NCBI GenBank assembly: GCA_040767965.1
Contig: JAXGNR010000005.1
Coordinates: 96,001-160,000 of the forward strand
Source of the DNA: Atribacterota bacterium
GTDB lineage: Bacteria > Atribacterota > Phoenicimicrobiia > Phoenicimicrobiales > Stramentimicrobiaceae
Direction: 5' to 3'
DNA length: 64,000 bases
A program made the translations under genes and the position numbers. A model generated the notes under the pieces. That model saw only the letters and a list, made by a program, of their open reading frames with translations. It made no database searches and had not been told where the DNA came from. This document shows, piece by piece, positions 1 to 10,420 of this stretch (its first letter is position 1; each line of letters opens with the position of its first letter).

Positions 1-22
1 AAAAAAAGAAAACCTGCTGAAA

Positions 23-2062
23 TTGCAAATTATTTTATTGCTGATACTTTTATTCTGCCATATTAGTTCATTAGCTAATCCAGTAAATATAAGAGAATAC
101 CTGAATGGAAGGTTTCCTGCTGTTTATGTTTTGTACCTGGATTCCTTAGACGATCTTGATGCTTATGAAAAGGAGTTTGTTGATTTATTGGAAATATTGC
201 CTGAGCAGGAGCAGAGATCCTATATTAAAGAAATCTATAAAGAGGGCTTTACCATTGAGAAATTAGAAAGGATAAGACAATGGCAGGAAAAAATTGAAAA
301 ACCTTTTTTAAACATAGCTTTTCCTTCCCAGGGAGAGCTGACTGTCTGGAATAGTCCTTTGTATATTTTTGGAAAAACTGAAACTTCACCAGAGGCAAAA
401 GTTACTGTTAATAATGCAGAAGTAGATCTTTTCGATCATAGAACCGGTAATTTTCTTACATTGATTAATATACCAGAGGGAGAAAAAACAAACCTTGTTA
501 TAGCTTCCAGTGTAGGAGGAGAAGAAACAAAGATAGAAAGAACGGTTTATTATCCCAGGATCTGGGAAGAAATGCCAGAGAGTCCTTTAGCAATTCACTC
601 TACCAGAATGCAGCCTCAAGTAAATCAAGTGTTGAGAATAGGTGACATACTACAGGTAATGTTTCAGGGAAGTCCTGGGGCTGAAGCATCGTTTGTAATT
701 GGTGATAATGGGAAAGAAGTATTGATGGAAGAGATTAATGATTCACGATTACCAATGGGAGGCAACGGTATTTATAAAGGAAGTTATGTGATTACAGAAA
801 ACGATCTGCTTTCAGTAACCGAAATGGTTCCCCAGGCAATAACAGTTACTCTTCGAAATGATTATGAGGAAACAAACAGAGAATTGCCTGGAATGGTTAG
901 CTTTTATTCAAAAGACTATCTTAAAATTGTTGAAATTATAAATCAACAGGCCAGGATTTATAAGGTTTTAGAAGACTCTTTTGCGTTTCAAGGATCAACA
1001 ATCGGAGGAGATGGTCTAATTACTGAGTTACTGAGTTATTACTTATTACCAGGAACGTTATTGGAAATTACCGGAATGTCTGGAAATTATTTGCGAACAA
1101 GACTTGGAACAACTAATTATTTGATACATGAAGGTGATGTTCGAGATGTGAAAGCTAAATATCAAAATAACGACAGGAATATTTCTAAAATACGAATAAC
1201 TGAAAACAGAGAAAAAGCGACAATATTTTTCGATATGGAAGAAGGCACTCCTTTTATTATGGAAGATGGGTTAGACTGGATCAAATTTACTTTATATGGT
1301 ATAAGCGGCAGTCAGAATATCTCTTTTGAAGGTGAGTCGATGATAATTAAAAATATTAAAGCAGAGCCATCTTTTGAGAGAAATTTTACTGCAATTTCAA
1401 TAACTTTAGAGTTATATCAGTCTTTGGCAGGATTTGATTATAAATGGAATAATACAGGTTTAGAAATTAATATAAGAAAAAAACCTGAATTATTGATTCA
1501 AAATCCCCTACAGGGACTTACTATAGTTATTGATCCTGGTCATGGAGGTGAGTATGCAGGAGCTGTTGGACCTGATGATATTCATGAAAAAGATGTTGTG
1601 CTGGAAATTGGAAAATTTTTACAATCTTTGCTTGAAGGCAAAGGTGCAAAAGTGCTTATGACACGGAACAGGGATATAGAAGTAGGCCTTTATGACCGTA
1701 TTTTATTAGCAATAAAAAGTAATGCTGACCTATTTGTCAGCATTCATGCCAATGCTCATGCTGTTGGTGCAGATGCTGTGAATTATCATGGACATATGAC
1801 TATTTTTAATTATGCTTATAATGAAAAACTGGCTGAAAATATTCTGGATGCATTGGTAAAAAGGATGGGACTTCCAAGAGCCAGGCTCTGGAAGAGAGGA
1901 GATCTGATAGTTTTAAGACATCCGGAAGTGCCCAGCGTATTAATAGAAACAGCATTTATGATGCATCCTGAAGATAATTGGTATTTATTACAGCCAATTT
2001 TCCAGAGAGAGTTTGCAATATCTATAATGGAAGGAATACAAGAATATTTCCAGGAATTGTAA
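23..2062 (+). CDS. Secreted N-acetylmuramoyl-L-alanine amidase (Amidase_3) with a long N-terminal extension
   Basis: Signal peptide; C-terminal motifs IVIDPGHGG, EKDV, FVSIHANA and SVLIETAF retain the Zn ligands and catalytic Glu. Confidence 0.85.
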   Translation: MQIILLLILLFCHISSLANPVNIREYLNGRFPAVYVLYLDSLDDLDAYEKEFVDLLEILPEQEQRSYIKEIYKEGFTIEKLERIRQWQEKIEKPFLNIAFPSQGELTVWNSPLYIFGKTETSPEAKVTVNNAEVDLFDHRTGNFLTLINIPEGEKTNLVIASSVGGEETKIERTVYYPRIWEEMPESPLAIHSTRMQPQVNQVLRIGDILQVMFQGSPGAEASFVIGDNGKEVLMEEINDSRLPMGGNGIYKGSYVITENDLLSVTEMVPQAITVTLRNDYEETNRELPGMVSFYSKDYLKIVEIINQQARIYKVLEDSFAFQGSTIGGDGLITELLSYYLLPGTLLEITGMSGNYLRTRLGTTNYLIHEGDVRDVKAKYQNNDRNISKIRITENREKATIFFDMEEGTPFIMEDGLDWIKFTLYGISGSQNISFEGESMIIKNIKAEPSFERNFTAISITLELYQSLAGFDYKWNNTGLEINIRKKPELLIQNPLQGLTIVIDPGHGGEYAGAVGPDDIHEKDVVLEIGKFLQSLLEGKGAKVLMTRNRDIEVGLYDRILLAIKSNADLFVSIHANAHAVGADAVNYHGHMTIFNYAYNEKLAENILDALVKRMGLPRARLWKRGDLIVLRHPEVPSVLIETAFMMHPEDNWYLLQPIFQREFAISIMEGIQEYFQEL

Positions 2063-2160
2063 AAACAATATAATTAATTAAGGAATATATTCTTGTTAAA
2101 TATTAAATTAAGTCTAAATAAAAAAAGTGAAAAAATAGTAAAAGATTGTATAACAAAAAA

Positions 2161-2837
2161 ATGAATATAACAATAAAGAAAATTGTAAGAAGCAGCAGAA
2201 AAACCATTTCATTGCAGGTATGTGATGATTCTTCATTGATTATCAGAGTACCCCTGAAGATTAAAAATAGCGAAATAGAAAAAATAATAAAAAAACATTC
2301 TAATTGGCTGAGAAAAAAGTTAAACGAGATTAATTCCAGAAATGCAGGGTTTACACAAAAATATTTTGTTGAAGGAGAATCTTTTCTTTATTTAGGCATT
2401 ATGTATCCGCTTAAAATTATATCTATGAAAGAACAAAAATGCCCTTTAACTTTCCGCAAAGAAGCTTTTTATTTATCAGAGAATGTTATTGATGCCAGAG
2501 AAGCTTTCCTTGTCTGGTATAAAAAAGAAGCTAAAAAATTATTTACTCAAGCTGTTAGTTTTTATGCAAAAAAATTGGCTTAAATTATAATAAAATAAGA
2601 ATATCCAACGCCCGTAAGCAATGGGGTTCCTGTACAAGCATGAACAATTTATACTTTTCATGGAGACTGATAATGGCGCCACCTTCAGTCATTAATTATG
2701 TAGTTGTGCATGAGCTTGTTCATATAATTGAAAAAAATCATTCACAAAAATTTTGGACAAAGGTGCAGTCAATTCTGCCAGACTTTAATTTGCAAAAAGA
2801 CTGGCTCAAAAAACATGGGTATCTTTTAACAATTTAA
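2161..2837 (+). pseudogene. M48/YgjP (DUF45) family metallo-hydrolase split by a frameshift at an A7 run
   Basis: ORF 2146-2583 is the N-terminal half (RSSRKTISL, GESFLYLG). The -1 frame continues IGLNYNKIRISNARKQWGSC...YVVVHELVH...NHSQKFW. Confidence 0.8.
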
Positions 2838-2943
2838 CATGGAATAAATAAATTATCTGGTATAATTATTTTGCATTAACCTACAAAGTAAAAATAACAA
2901 TCTAAAAAGCAAAGTATGGAAGTTTAAATATATATCTTCAAGT

Positions 2944-2973
2944 TTGACCAGATTATATGCATATTGTTATAAT
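2944..2973 (+). promoter_or_regulatory. Sigma70-type promoter for the nitroreductase gene
   Basis: TTGACC-N18-TATAAT with an extended -10 TG; SD AGGGAGG precedes the ATG at 3024. Confidence 0.55.
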
Positions 2974-3023
2974 TTTATTCTATAAAGAATAATTATATAA
3001 ATTTAACTTTAAGGGAGGACAAA

Positions 3024-3686
3024 ATGGATCTTTATGAAGGAATGAAAAATAGGCAAAGCATTAGAGGTTTTTTACCTCAAGCAATTACCAAAGAAGAAAT
3101 TGAACAGATATTGGAGTCAGCAGGAAATTCTCCGTCTTATACTAATACCCAACCATGGGAAGTAGTAGTGGTAAGTGGAGCCAGAAAAGAAGAATTAAGC
3201 AATAAATTACTGGAGTTAGCCAAAAATCAAACACCTGCCAAGCCAGATATTCCTTTCCCTGCCAGTTGGCCTCTTGATATGGAGAACAGAACTAAAGAAC
3301 ACGGTGCCCGTAGGCTGGACACCCTGGGGATAGCACGAGGAGATGAAGAGGGCAGAAGAAAATTAAATTTAATGAATTATGAATTTTACGGCGCACCATG
3401 TGCAGCATTTTTGTTTATGGATAAAAATCTAGGCGAGTGGTCATTATTTGATATGGGGTTATTTACTCAAAATCTCCTTCTTGCAGCTTATGATAAAGGT
3501 ATTGGAAGCTGTATACATGCTTCAGTTACCGGTTATGCAGAGGAAATCAAAAAACATTTTAACATTGATAAAACAAAAAAATTAGTTGTTTGCGTATCTT
3601 TAGGTTATCCAGATTATAATGCAAAATTGAACAATTATCGCAGTATAAAGAAAGATTTAAATGAATATTATTCCTGGTATGAATAA
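3024..3686 (+). CDS. Nitroreductase family protein
   Basis: RQSIRGF, SPSYTNTQPW, GIGSC and LGYPD motifs. Confidence 0.9.
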   Translation: MDLYEGMKNRQSIRGFLPQAITKEEIEQILESAGNSPSYTNTQPWEVVVVSGARKEELSNKLLELAKNQTPAKPDIPFPASWPLDMENRTKEHGARRLDTLGIARGDEEGRRKLNLMNYEFYGAPCAAFLFMDKNLGEWSLFDMGLFTQNLLLAAYDKGIGSCIHASVTGYAEEIKKHFNIDKTKKLVVCVSLGYPDYNAKLNNYRSIKKDLNEYYSWYE

Positions 3687-3715
3687 AATTCCATAAAAAG
3701 TTAAAAAGGAATAAG

Positions 3716-4312
3716 ATGAATATATTTTTATTTAAAATTATAGCATTATTTATTTTATCTTTATTTACCTTCTTTGTTTCTGATCTCAGGAACAAAGAAG
3801 GTATGACCCCTTTAGTAAAAAAACAGCTGATTTTCTTTATCAAAGCTTTCTATTCTGTTCCGATTTTGGTTTATATTTATACAATAATGAAACTGGAAAA
3901 TATTTATATCTCCAGTTATTTTGGATTAGTTATCAGTTGCGCAGGTGCAATTTTAGTAATAAAAGCTAAGGTGGATTTAGGGAAATATCATACCTGGACC
4001 GGTCATACTCTATCTTCAACAAAAATTGTCAAAAATGGGATTTACGCTTTCATCAGACACCCTCTTTACACAGGTATTCATATTTTTATTTTTGGTGGAA
4101 TATTAATAGGAATTAATAACAATCCTTTCTCCTCATTGACTGTTTCAGCGATATTATTTTTTATTTTTTTGATAATGCTTTTTTTGAATTTCAGTGCTTT
4201 AAAAGAAAATAGTTTTTTGCATGAGAAGTTTGGCGAAGATTATCTTGAATATAAGAGACAGGTACATGCTTTCCTGCCAATTAGAAAATACAGTTTTAAT
4301 CAGGAAAATTAA
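3716..4312 (+). CDS. Isoprenylcysteine carboxyl methyltransferase (ICMT/PEMT) family membrane protein
   Basis: Several TM helices; GIYAFIRHPLY and FGEDYLEYKRQV motifs. Confidence 0.8.
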   Translation: MNIFLFKIIALFILSLFTFFVSDLRNKEGMTPLVKKQLIFFIKAFYSVPILVYIYTIMKLENIYISSYFGLVISCAGAILVIKAKVDLGKYHTWTGHTLSSTKIVKNGIYAFIRHPLYTGIHIFIFGGILIGINNNPFSSLTVSAILFFIFLIMLFLNFSALKENSFLHEKFGEDYLEYKRQVHAFLPIRKYSFNQEN

Positions 4313-4402
4313 TTTTACCTGCTTATAAAAGTTATATTTATCTTGAGAATTGTAACATTTAAAAATCGTTTTAAACAGATTATAAGTTTAGGATAGGAAA
4401 TA

Positions 4403-5146
4403 ATGTCTGATATTTGTATTATAGCCCATCGTGGAGCTTCAAATATTGCCCCTGAAAACACAATGATAGCTTTTCAGAAAGCATATCAAATAGGTGCTGA
4501 CGGAGTAGAATTTGATGTTCACTTAACCAGGGATGGAAAACCGGTGGTTATCCATGATGAAAGAGTTGACAGGACGACAAATGGTATTGGTTATGTAAAA
4601 AGCTTAACTTTATCTGAAATAAAAAAACTAGATGCCGGAAGTTATTTTCATCCAAGATATTCTGCAGAAAAAATATTAACCCTGGAAGAAACTCTGGATT
4701 TGGTAAAAAACTTTAAAATAATTAATATTGAAATAAAAAATAATCTGCTGGAATATAAGGGTATTGAAGAAAAGGTAACAAACATAATTAGAGATAAAAA
4801 AATGGAACAAAAAGTAATCTGCTCATCTTTTAATCATTTCAGTATGCTTAAAATAAAAAAGATAGACCCGAACATTAATACTGGCTTGCTTTACATCTCT
4901 CATCTTTTTCAGCCATGGAAATATGCCCAAAGGTTAGGAGCACAGGCCATCCATCCTTTTTTTATCAGTGCCTCCGGAAAAATCATTAAACAGTGTCACG
5001 ACAATAATGTTAAAGTAAATGTCTGGACTGTTGATAAAGAAAAATATATCAGGAAAATGATCACAAATAAAGTAGATTGTATTATAACTAATAATCCAGA
5101 AATAGCCTTAAAAATTTTGAAAGGAATAAAAAATAGAAATTGTTAG
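4403..5146 (+). CDS. Glycerophosphodiester phosphodiesterase
   Basis: IIAHRGAS, PENT, EFDV, IHD, NIEIK and VWTVD motifs. Confidence 0.93.
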   Translation: MSDICIIAHRGASNIAPENTMIAFQKAYQIGADGVEFDVHLTRDGKPVVIHDERVDRTTNGIGYVKSLTLSEIKKLDAGSYFHPRYSAEKILTLEETLDLVKNFKIINIEIKNNLLEYKGIEEKVTNIIRDKKMEQKVICSSFNHFSMLKIKKIDPNINTGLLYISHLFQPWKYAQRLGAQAIHPFFISASGKIIKQCHDNNVKVNVWTVDKEKYIRKMITNKVDCIITNNPEIALKILKGIKNRNC

Positions 5147-5642
5147 TTAAATAAAACACATTTGTGATATATTCAAATTAACATAGAAACAAATATAATA
5201 AATTTTAGAAACAGAATAGTCTTTAATAGAAGAAAAAGATATAATAAATACAGTAAAGTATTCATTTTATTATAATGAAATTATATTATAATTTACTCCT
5301 AACAAGATTATTCTAATATATTTAAATTTTAGCTTTTTTCAAGAACAGAAATGATTTTAAAAGAAACAAAAAAGCTGCAATCTAGGCTAAATTAAAAAAT
5401 ATTTTCTGAAAAGAAAATATCAATTATAATAAATTAAAGCAGATATCAATGAATTAATTTAAAATTACCAAGCATCAGGGGAAAAGATAGCAAACTTACA
5501 GAATATTAGTTAAAAATCAGATGTCCTGCAGGGGGTGATAGAAAAATATTTAAGTAAACAGACATATTAAGTTAGAGTATTATTAAAAATGTAATAATAA
5601 TACATAGCTTAATATTAATCCAAAATTAAAAGGAGAAGATAA

Positions 5643-6773
5643 ATGAAAAAAATATTATTCGTTTCTTTTGCGCTGATATTGTTATTTTCTGTTTCCAGCG
5701 GAAGTTTTGCTCAAGATATAGTTAAGTTTGGTATTTCCGAACCAATGACCGGGGCAATGGCAGTTGGCGGTGAGCTCTGTATGCAAGGGTATGAACTTGC
5801 TCATGAACAGAATCCCACTGTTTTAGGTAAACAAGTTGAATTAGTACTGGTTGACAATAAAAGCGACAAAGTTGAAGCAGCAAATGCGGTTTCCAGACTT
5901 ATTGAAAGAGACAATGTAGTTGCAGTATTCGTTGGTTATGGCAGTAGTATGGCTATCCCGGGTGGAGAAGTAGCTGATAAGGCAGGGATTCCTATGCTTT
6001 CAGCCAGCGCAACAAATCCTCTGGTAACCCAGGGCAAAGATTATGTTTTCCGTGCCTGCTTCCTGGATCCTTTCCAGGGGGAAGTCATGGCACGCTATAC
6101 CTACAATGATCTGGGAATTAAGAGAGCAGCCCTTCTGGTTGATATTGCTCAGGACTATTCAGTAGGTCTTGCTAATTTTTACAAAAGAACCTTTGAGTCT
6201 CTTGGTGGCCAGATAGTTAGTGATGTAAAATACAACACAGGTGATCAGGATTTCAGTGCACAGTTAAGCCAGATTATCAACTCCGGAGCAGAAGCTTTGT
6301 TTTTCCCTGGATACTTTGGGGATGTCGCCCTGATCGCAATACAGGGAAGAGAATTGGGATATACCGGGCAATTCCTGGGAGGAGATACATTGCATAATCC
6401 AACTTTGATAGAATTAGCAGGAGAGTCTGCTGAAGATTTGATTGCCAGCACTTTTTTTGTTGATGATGAGGCTTTGCTTGAGGCCAATCCGGAAGCCGGG
6501 AAATTTGTTCAATTGTTTAAAGAAAAATACAATGAATCTCCTAACGCAGTCTCAGTTCTCACTTATGACTCTTATAATTTAATGATTGATGCCATTGAAA
6601 GAGCAGGATCGTTGGATCCGGCTGCAATCAGAGATGCTTTAGCAAATACTAAAGAATTTCTTGGTGCTGGTGGCTCTATCACTATTGATGAAAATGGGGA
6701 TGCAGTAAAACCGGCAATTCTGGTTAAAGTTGTCAATGGCGACTTTGTCTATGAAACAACAGTTAATCCTTAA
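5643..6773 (+). CDS. livK: Branched-chain amino acid ABC transporter substrate-binding protein
   Basis: Signal peptide; DNKSD, ATNPLVT, FRACFLDPFQG and DFSAQL motifs; first gene of the liv operon. Confidence 0.88.
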   Translation: MKKILFVSFALILLFSVSSGSFAQDIVKFGISEPMTGAMAVGGELCMQGYELAHEQNPTVLGKQVELVLVDNKSDKVEAANAVSRLIERDNVVAVFVGYGSSMAIPGGEVADKAGIPMLSASATNPLVTQGKDYVFRACFLDPFQGEVMARYTYNDLGIKRAALLVDIAQDYSVGLANFYKRTFESLGGQIVSDVKYNTGDQDFSAQLSQIINSGAEALFFPGYFGDVALIAIQGRELGYTGQFLGGDTLHNPTLIELAGESAEDLIASTFFVDDEALLEANPEAGKFVQLFKEKYNESPNAVSVLTYDSYNLMIDAIERAGSLDPAAIRDALANTKEFLGAGGSITIDENGDAVKPAILVKVVNGDFVYETTVNP

Positions 6774-6794
6774 TTCTACCCATCTTTAATGTGA

Positions 6795-6836
6795 TTCAAA
6801 AGAGAGGCAGATTGTATAATCTGCCTCTCTTTTGAA
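6795..6836 (+). terminator. 19-bp perfect stem-loop between the SBP and permease genes (partial terminator or mRNA stabiliser)
   Basis: TTCAAAAGAGAGGCAGATT-GTAT-AATCTGCCTCTCTTTTGAA. Confidence 0.75.
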
Positions 6837-6933
6837 ATGATCTTGATAAGTATTTTAAGAAAATCGATATTTAAATTTAAGATATGCTTTTTATTTTATA
6901 TGGATAATTTCAATAAATAATGAGGAGTAACTT

Positions 6934-7827
6934 ATGTCACTAAATTTGTTGCTGCAGAACATTGCCAATGGCTTCTCTTTAGGTAGTTTGTATGCATTAA
7001 TAGCTATAGGATATACCATGGTCTATGGAATATTGAGATTGATAAATTTTGCCCATGGTGAAATATTTATGCTGGCACCTTATTTTTTGTATTTCGGCTT
7101 TTTAATGTTTCACCTTCCCTGGTGGCTATCTGTCCTTGTTGCTATTATTTTAACTGCTCTTACAGGCATGTTGACTGAAAGAGTTGCCTATAGGCCTTTA
7201 AGGGATGCTCCAAGAATTTCAGCCTTAATTTCCGCTATAGGGGTATCATTTTTTTTGCAAAACCTGGCCATAGTTCTTTTTTCAGGAGTTCCAAAATCTG
7301 TTCATAGGCCAGAATTTTTCAGAACTTTATTTCAATTTGGAGAAATCAGAATCCAATCCACACTTATTGCTTCAGTAATTATTTCTGCTTTATTTTTAAG
7401 TATATTGCTTTACATTATATATAAAACTAAAACAGGCTTAGCCATGCGGGCAATTTCAACAGATATAGAAACTTCCAGGCTAATGGCTATTGATGTAAAC
7501 AAGACGATATCAATTACTTTTATAATAGGATCAGCGCTGGCAGCAATTGGTGGAATCTTGTGGGCTTTAAGATTCCCTCAAATAGTCCCTACTATGGGAT
7601 TGATTCCTGGTTTAAAAGCTTTTATTGCAGCTGTCGTAGGGGGGATTGGCAATATTTCAGGAGCTATGCTGGGAGGATTTATCTTGGGAATGGCTGAAAT
7701 ATTGTTTGTAGCTTTTTTCCCTGAACTTTCAGGATATCGGGATGCTTTTATATTTTTGATATTAATATTGATTTTATTATTCAAGCCTGATGGTATTCTG
7801 GGCAAAAATGTCCAAGAGAAGGTGTAG
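6934..7827 (+). CDS. livH: Branched-chain amino acid ABC permease
   Basis: GSLYALIAIGYTMVYG, INFAHGE and KAFIAAVVGGIG motifs. Confidence 0.92.
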   Translation: MSLNLLLQNIANGFSLGSLYALIAIGYTMVYGILRLINFAHGEIFMLAPYFLYFGFLMFHLPWWLSVLVAIILTALTGMLTERVAYRPLRDAPRISALISAIGVSFFLQNLAIVLFSGVPKSVHRPEFFRTLFQFGEIRIQSTLIASVIISALFLSILLYIIYKTKTGLAMRAISTDIETSRLMAIDVNKTISITFIIGSALAAIGGILWALRFPQIVPTMGLIPGLKAFIAAVVGGIGNISGAMLGGFILGMAEILFVAFFPELSGYRDAFIFLILILILLFKPDGILGKNVQEKV

Positions 7828-7831
7828 CAAC

Positions 7832-8896
7832 ATGAAAAAACAACACGAAAAATATTTGACCATTATTTCAATAATTATACTGGGAATTGTTGTTTATTTA
7901 GCTCAAAACTATTTGGATGCCTATAAACTCAGGATTCTTAATCTGGGAGCTATCTATGTTACTCTAGGAGTAAGTTTAAATTTAATTTATGGGTTTACCG
8001 GGCAATTCTCTTTAGGCCATGCCGGGTTTATGGCAATAGGTGCTTACACCACAGCCTTATTAGTCCTTCCTCCTTATTATAAAGAAATAATATTTATTAT
8101 TGAACCTTTGGTTTGGCCATTTACTGTTTTACATACACCATTTATATTTGCATTATTGTGCAGCGGTTTTTTTGCGGCTATCGCTGCACTGTTAATAGGA
8201 TTACCAGTGTTAAGATTAAAAGGTGATTATCTCGGTATTGCTACTCTAGGGTTTGCAGAAATCATAAGGATTATAGCCAACAATATTCCTCAAATCACGA
8301 ACGGGGCATTAGGTATTAAAGGGATACCTGAATTTACAAACCTTTGGTGGTCTGTGGGGGTAGCACTATTTACAATATATATCATCAAAGGACTAATACA
8401 GAGCAGTTATGGTAGAGCGCTAATGGCAATCAGGGATAATGAAATTGCTGCTGAGGTTATAGGAGTAAATTTGACTTATCACAAGGTAATGTCTTTTACC
8501 ATAGGAGCCTTTTTTGCTGGTGTAGCAGGGGGTTTATTTGCATGCCTGTTAACAACAATTGACCCGAAAGCTTTTATGTTTGTTATGACTTTTAATATCT
8601 TAATTGTGGTTGTCCTGGGAGGTTTTGGCAGTATTACAGGTACTGTTATAGCAGCATTTTTGTTTAATTTTTTCCTGGAATACTTAAGACCTGTGGAAGA
8701 TGGACTTGATTTAGGCATATTTTCAATACCAAAAATACCAGGATTAAGAATGGTGACATTTTCTGCTTTACTGTTGATTATTATTCTTTATAAACAAAAA
8801 GGATTACTGGGTGGAGTAGAATTTTCGTGGCAGGGGCTTTTCCAGTTCTTCAATAGATTCTTCAATAAAAAATCTTCAGAGGGGAGTGCAAAATAA
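7832..8896 (+). CDS. livM: Branched-chain amino acid ABC permease (start placed at ATG 7832)
   Basis: GFTGQFSLGHAGF, LRLKGDYLGIATLGF and GRALMAIRDNE motifs. Confidence 0.92.
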   Translation: MKKQHEKYLTIISIIILGIVVYLAQNYLDAYKLRILNLGAIYVTLGVSLNLIYGFTGQFSLGHAGFMAIGAYTTALLVLPPYYKEIIFIIEPLVWPFTVLHTPFIFALLCSGFFAAIAALLIGLPVLRLKGDYLGIATLGFAEIIRIIANNIPQITNGALGIKGIPEFTNLWWSVGVALFTIYIIKGLIQSSYGRALMAIRDNEIAAEVIGVNLTYHKVMSFTIGAFFAGVAGGLFACLLTTIDPKAFMFVMTFNILIVVVLGGFGSITGTVIAAFLFNFFLEYLRPVEDGLDLGIFSIPKIPGLRMVTFSALLLIIILYKQKGLLGGVEFSWQGLFQFFNRFFNKKSSEGSAK

Positions 8897-9669
8897 TGGA
8901 ATTATTGAATATGGATAATGTAACAATGAAATTCGGAGGTTTAACTGCTGTTAATAATTTTAGAATAAAGATTAATACAGGTGAATTAATTGGATTAATC
9001 GGGCCCAATGGTGCCGGGAAAACTACTGTTTTTAATATGATTACCGGGATATATAAACCTACTGTTAACAAGATATATTTTCAAGGACAGGATATTACTG
9101 AAGTAAAACCAGATAAAATTGCCAAAGTCGGAATAGCCAGAACTTTTCAAAATATGAGACTTATGAATAATTTGAAAGTAATTGATAATGTGATGATTGG
9201 CTTTCATCTTCATCTAAAGTCCAATCTGCTCTCGGCAATCTTGAAGCTCCCCGGTTATACGAAAGAAGAAGAAGAAATATATAATAATTCTATGGAATTG
9301 CTGAAAAAAGTTGATCTGGAAAAATATGAAAATGAAAAAGCAGGGGGCTTGCCATATGGACAACAACGAAAACTTGAAATAATAAGAGCCCTGGCTACAA
9401 AACCAAAATTACTGTTATTGGATGAACCGGCAGCAGGAATGAATCCTCAAGAGACAAGAGAATTGATGGATTTTATCCAACAAATACAAGACGAGTTTGA
9501 GTTAACTGTATTTTTGATAGAACATGATATGAAAGTTGTCATGGGAATTTGTAAAAGAATATTAGTTATGGATTATGGGGTTATAATTGCAGAGGGTAAA
9601 CCAAAAGAAATACAGGACAATCCGGAAGTAATAAAGGCTTATTTGGGGGTGGATTCAGACTATGCTTAA
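8896..9669 (+). CDS. livG: Branched-chain amino acid ABC ATPase
   Basis: GPNGAGKTT, ARTFQN, LPYGQQRKLE, LLLDEPAAGMN and IEHDM motifs. Confidence 0.93.
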   Translation: MELLNMDNVTMKFGGLTAVNNFRIKINTGELIGLIGPNGAGKTTVFNMITGIYKPTVNKIYFQGQDITEVKPDKIAKVGIARTFQNMRLMNNLKVIDNVMIGFHLHLKSNLLSAILKLPGYTKEEEEIYNNSMELLKKVDLEKYENEKAGGLPYGQQRKLEIIRALATKPKLLLLDEPAAGMNPQETRELMDFIQQIQDEFELTVFLIEHDMKVVMGICKRILVMDYGVIIAEGKPKEIQDNPEVIKAYLGVDSDYA

Positions 9670-10366
9670 GATTGAAAATTTAAATGTTTATTTTGGTGGC
9701 ATACATGCTTTAAAAGGGGTAACTTTTGATGTTCCGGCTGGAAAAGTGATAACTTTAATTGGAGCCAATGGAGCAGGCAAAAGTACTACACTAAGAAGCA
9801 TTTGTGGATTACTCAAGCCAAAAGAAGGGAAAATAAAGCTGGATGATGCTGAAATAAATAATATTTCTGCTGATAAAATTGTAAAAAGAGGGATTGCTCT
9901 GATTCCAGAAGGTAGAAAAATATTTCCTAATTTGACAGTACAGGAAAACTTAGCCCTGGGTGCATATGCACGTGGGGATAAAGAAGAAATTGAAAAAGAT
10001 CTATCATGGATCTATGAATTATTTCCCCGGGTAAAAGAAAGGCTCTGGCAAAAAGGGGGAACCCTTTCAGGCGGAGAACAGCAAATGTTAGCCATTTCCC
10101 GCGGCTTGATGTCTCGACCAAAATTGTTAATGATGGATGAGCCATCTTTAGGATTAGCACCACTGTTAGTAAAAGAAATATTCGAAATTATTAAACGTAT
10201 TCATCAAGAAGGTGTAACCGTGCTTTTGGTTGAACAGAATGCTTTTGCAGCATTAAAAATATCTGATTATGCATATGTGCTGGAGACTGGCAAAGTTGTG
10301 TTGCAGGGAACCGGGAAAGAATTATTGCAGGATGCCAGAGTAAAAAAAGCTTATCTGGGAGAGTAG
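9662..10366 (+). CDS. livF: Branched-chain amino acid ABC ATPase
   Basis: GANGAGKST, PEGRKIF, LSGGEQQML and DEPSLGLAP motifs. Confidence 0.93.
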   Translation: MLKIENLNVYFGGIHALKGVTFDVPAGKVITLIGANGAGKSTTLRSICGLLKPKEGKIKLDDAEINNISADKIVKRGIALIPEGRKIFPNLTVQENLALGAYARGDKEEIEKDLSWIYELFPRVKERLWQKGGTLSGGEQQMLAISRGLMSRPKLLMMDEPSLGLAPLLVKEIFEIIKRIHQEGVTVLLVEQNAFAALKISDYAYVLETGKVVLQGTGKELLQDARVKKAYLGE

Positions 10367-10420
10367 AAGAAAAGAAGAAAGGGATAATAAAAAATACCAA
10401 GGCAAAGGAAGTGATATAAG

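Noticed and set aside
5161-5180. TTGTGATATATTCAAA resembling a Rex or CRP site (similar sequence near 19790)
   Set aside because: Poor symmetry; expected by chance in AT-rich DNA
5147-5642. 500-bp AT-rich region upstream of livK, checked for a T-box, riboswitch or leader peptide
   Set aside because: No T-box motif, terminator or convincing SD-ORF; the GCAAAC stretch lacks the rest of a c-di-GMP-I riboswitch
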